Assembly (NCBI GenBank): GCA_965644295.1
Contig: CBFFRP010000263.1
Coordinates: 186,001 to 250,000, forward strand
DNA: 64,000 nt
Direction: 5' to 3'
Source of the DNA: Paraphysomonas bandaiensis
Lineage: Eukaryota; Protista; Chrysophyceae
In this document: positions 63,447 through 64,000 of the stretch, in pieces
Numbering within the stretch: position 1 is the stretch's first letter
How the letters are laid out: the number at the start of each line of letters is the position of its first letter
Translations under genes and position numbers: made by a program
Notes under the pieces: generated by a model
Databases searched by the model: none
Seen by the model: only the letters and a program-made list of their open reading frames with translations
Told to the model about the DNA's origin: nothing

Positions 63447-64000
63447 CTAAGATCTTAAAAATTGTCCCAAGTGATGAACGATGCTGTGTCCAAAATTCTC
63501 ATCTGAATACCTATCAGTCGATTTTCGACCATGTAATCTAATATCCATAGCATCTTCCGGGCTATTTTGTTCTAAATTCAATGCCTTGGCTATACATTCG
63601 GCGTACTCACCCTCATCAGTGGCTAAAAATCCTGTTTTATGGCCTTCAAAGGGCTGAATAATATCCATAGCTGGCCCGCCAGAATTATGTGCAACAACCA
63701 ACATTCCGGCTGCCATCATTTCCACCACAGATATTCCAAAATGTTCGTTCCACATGGTGTGCAATCCAATTGAAGATTCACTAAGGTATGCTTCAAGCCT
63801 GCATACATCATTTATTTTCATCATGTACGCAAAACTGTACAAGGCCACCATACCTTTCAAACGGCGCATTCACTACAAAATCTACACTGTCAGTTATTCC
63901 TAATGAAGAAGCATTTTTACGTAATGTTGAAAGAATATTTTCGTCGGCTTCATTTCGACAACTTCCCAGCAACACAAGTCTCACGTCTTTGTATCTGCAC
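63447..64000 (-). CDS. ALG11: Alpha-1,2-mannosyltransferase ALG11, C-terminal part (runs off the window)
   Basis: IGLHTMWNEHFGISVVEMMAAG..VAHNSGGP; upstream exon LVLLGSCRNEAD. Confidence 0.9.

Overview
Gene-dense eukaryotic DNA with short (~45-150 nt) GT-AG introns, probably a flagellated protist; a stramenopile is my inference, and the evidence for flagella is a p28 dynein light chain and a BART-domain gene. About 18 intron-containing or intronless protein genes are recognisable: USP7-like, bacterial-type TPR protein, PI synthase, sulfotransferase, HSP10, PRP22/DHX8, PEX3, BTB-Kelch, Hv1 proton channel, a ubiquitin-like/Cys-rich protein, prolyl 4-hydroxylase, NSD/ASH1-type SET protein, BART protein, DNALI1, RAD51B, SARAF, LisH-WD40 and a partial ALG11. 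Mobile DNA includes an intact young Ty1/copia element with identical 321-bp TG...TA LTRs and a 5-bp TSD, an inverted two-family copia chimera, a non-autonomous Mutator-like element (10-bp TSD) carrying a two-state 28-bp minisatellite, and smaller relics. The most notable feature is the 166-bp x25 tandem array at 55051-59190. On the minus strand each unit carries an intact-looking box C/D snoRNA with a 13-nt guide complementary to the conserved 18S segment AGAACGAAAGUUA (the SNORD59/snR54 site), flanked by plausible splice signals. It reads as a 25-fold amplified snoRNA host cassette whose recurring polymorphisms lie outside the snoRNA. rRNA and SNORD59 sequences used for comparison are recalled from memory and need database confirmation.
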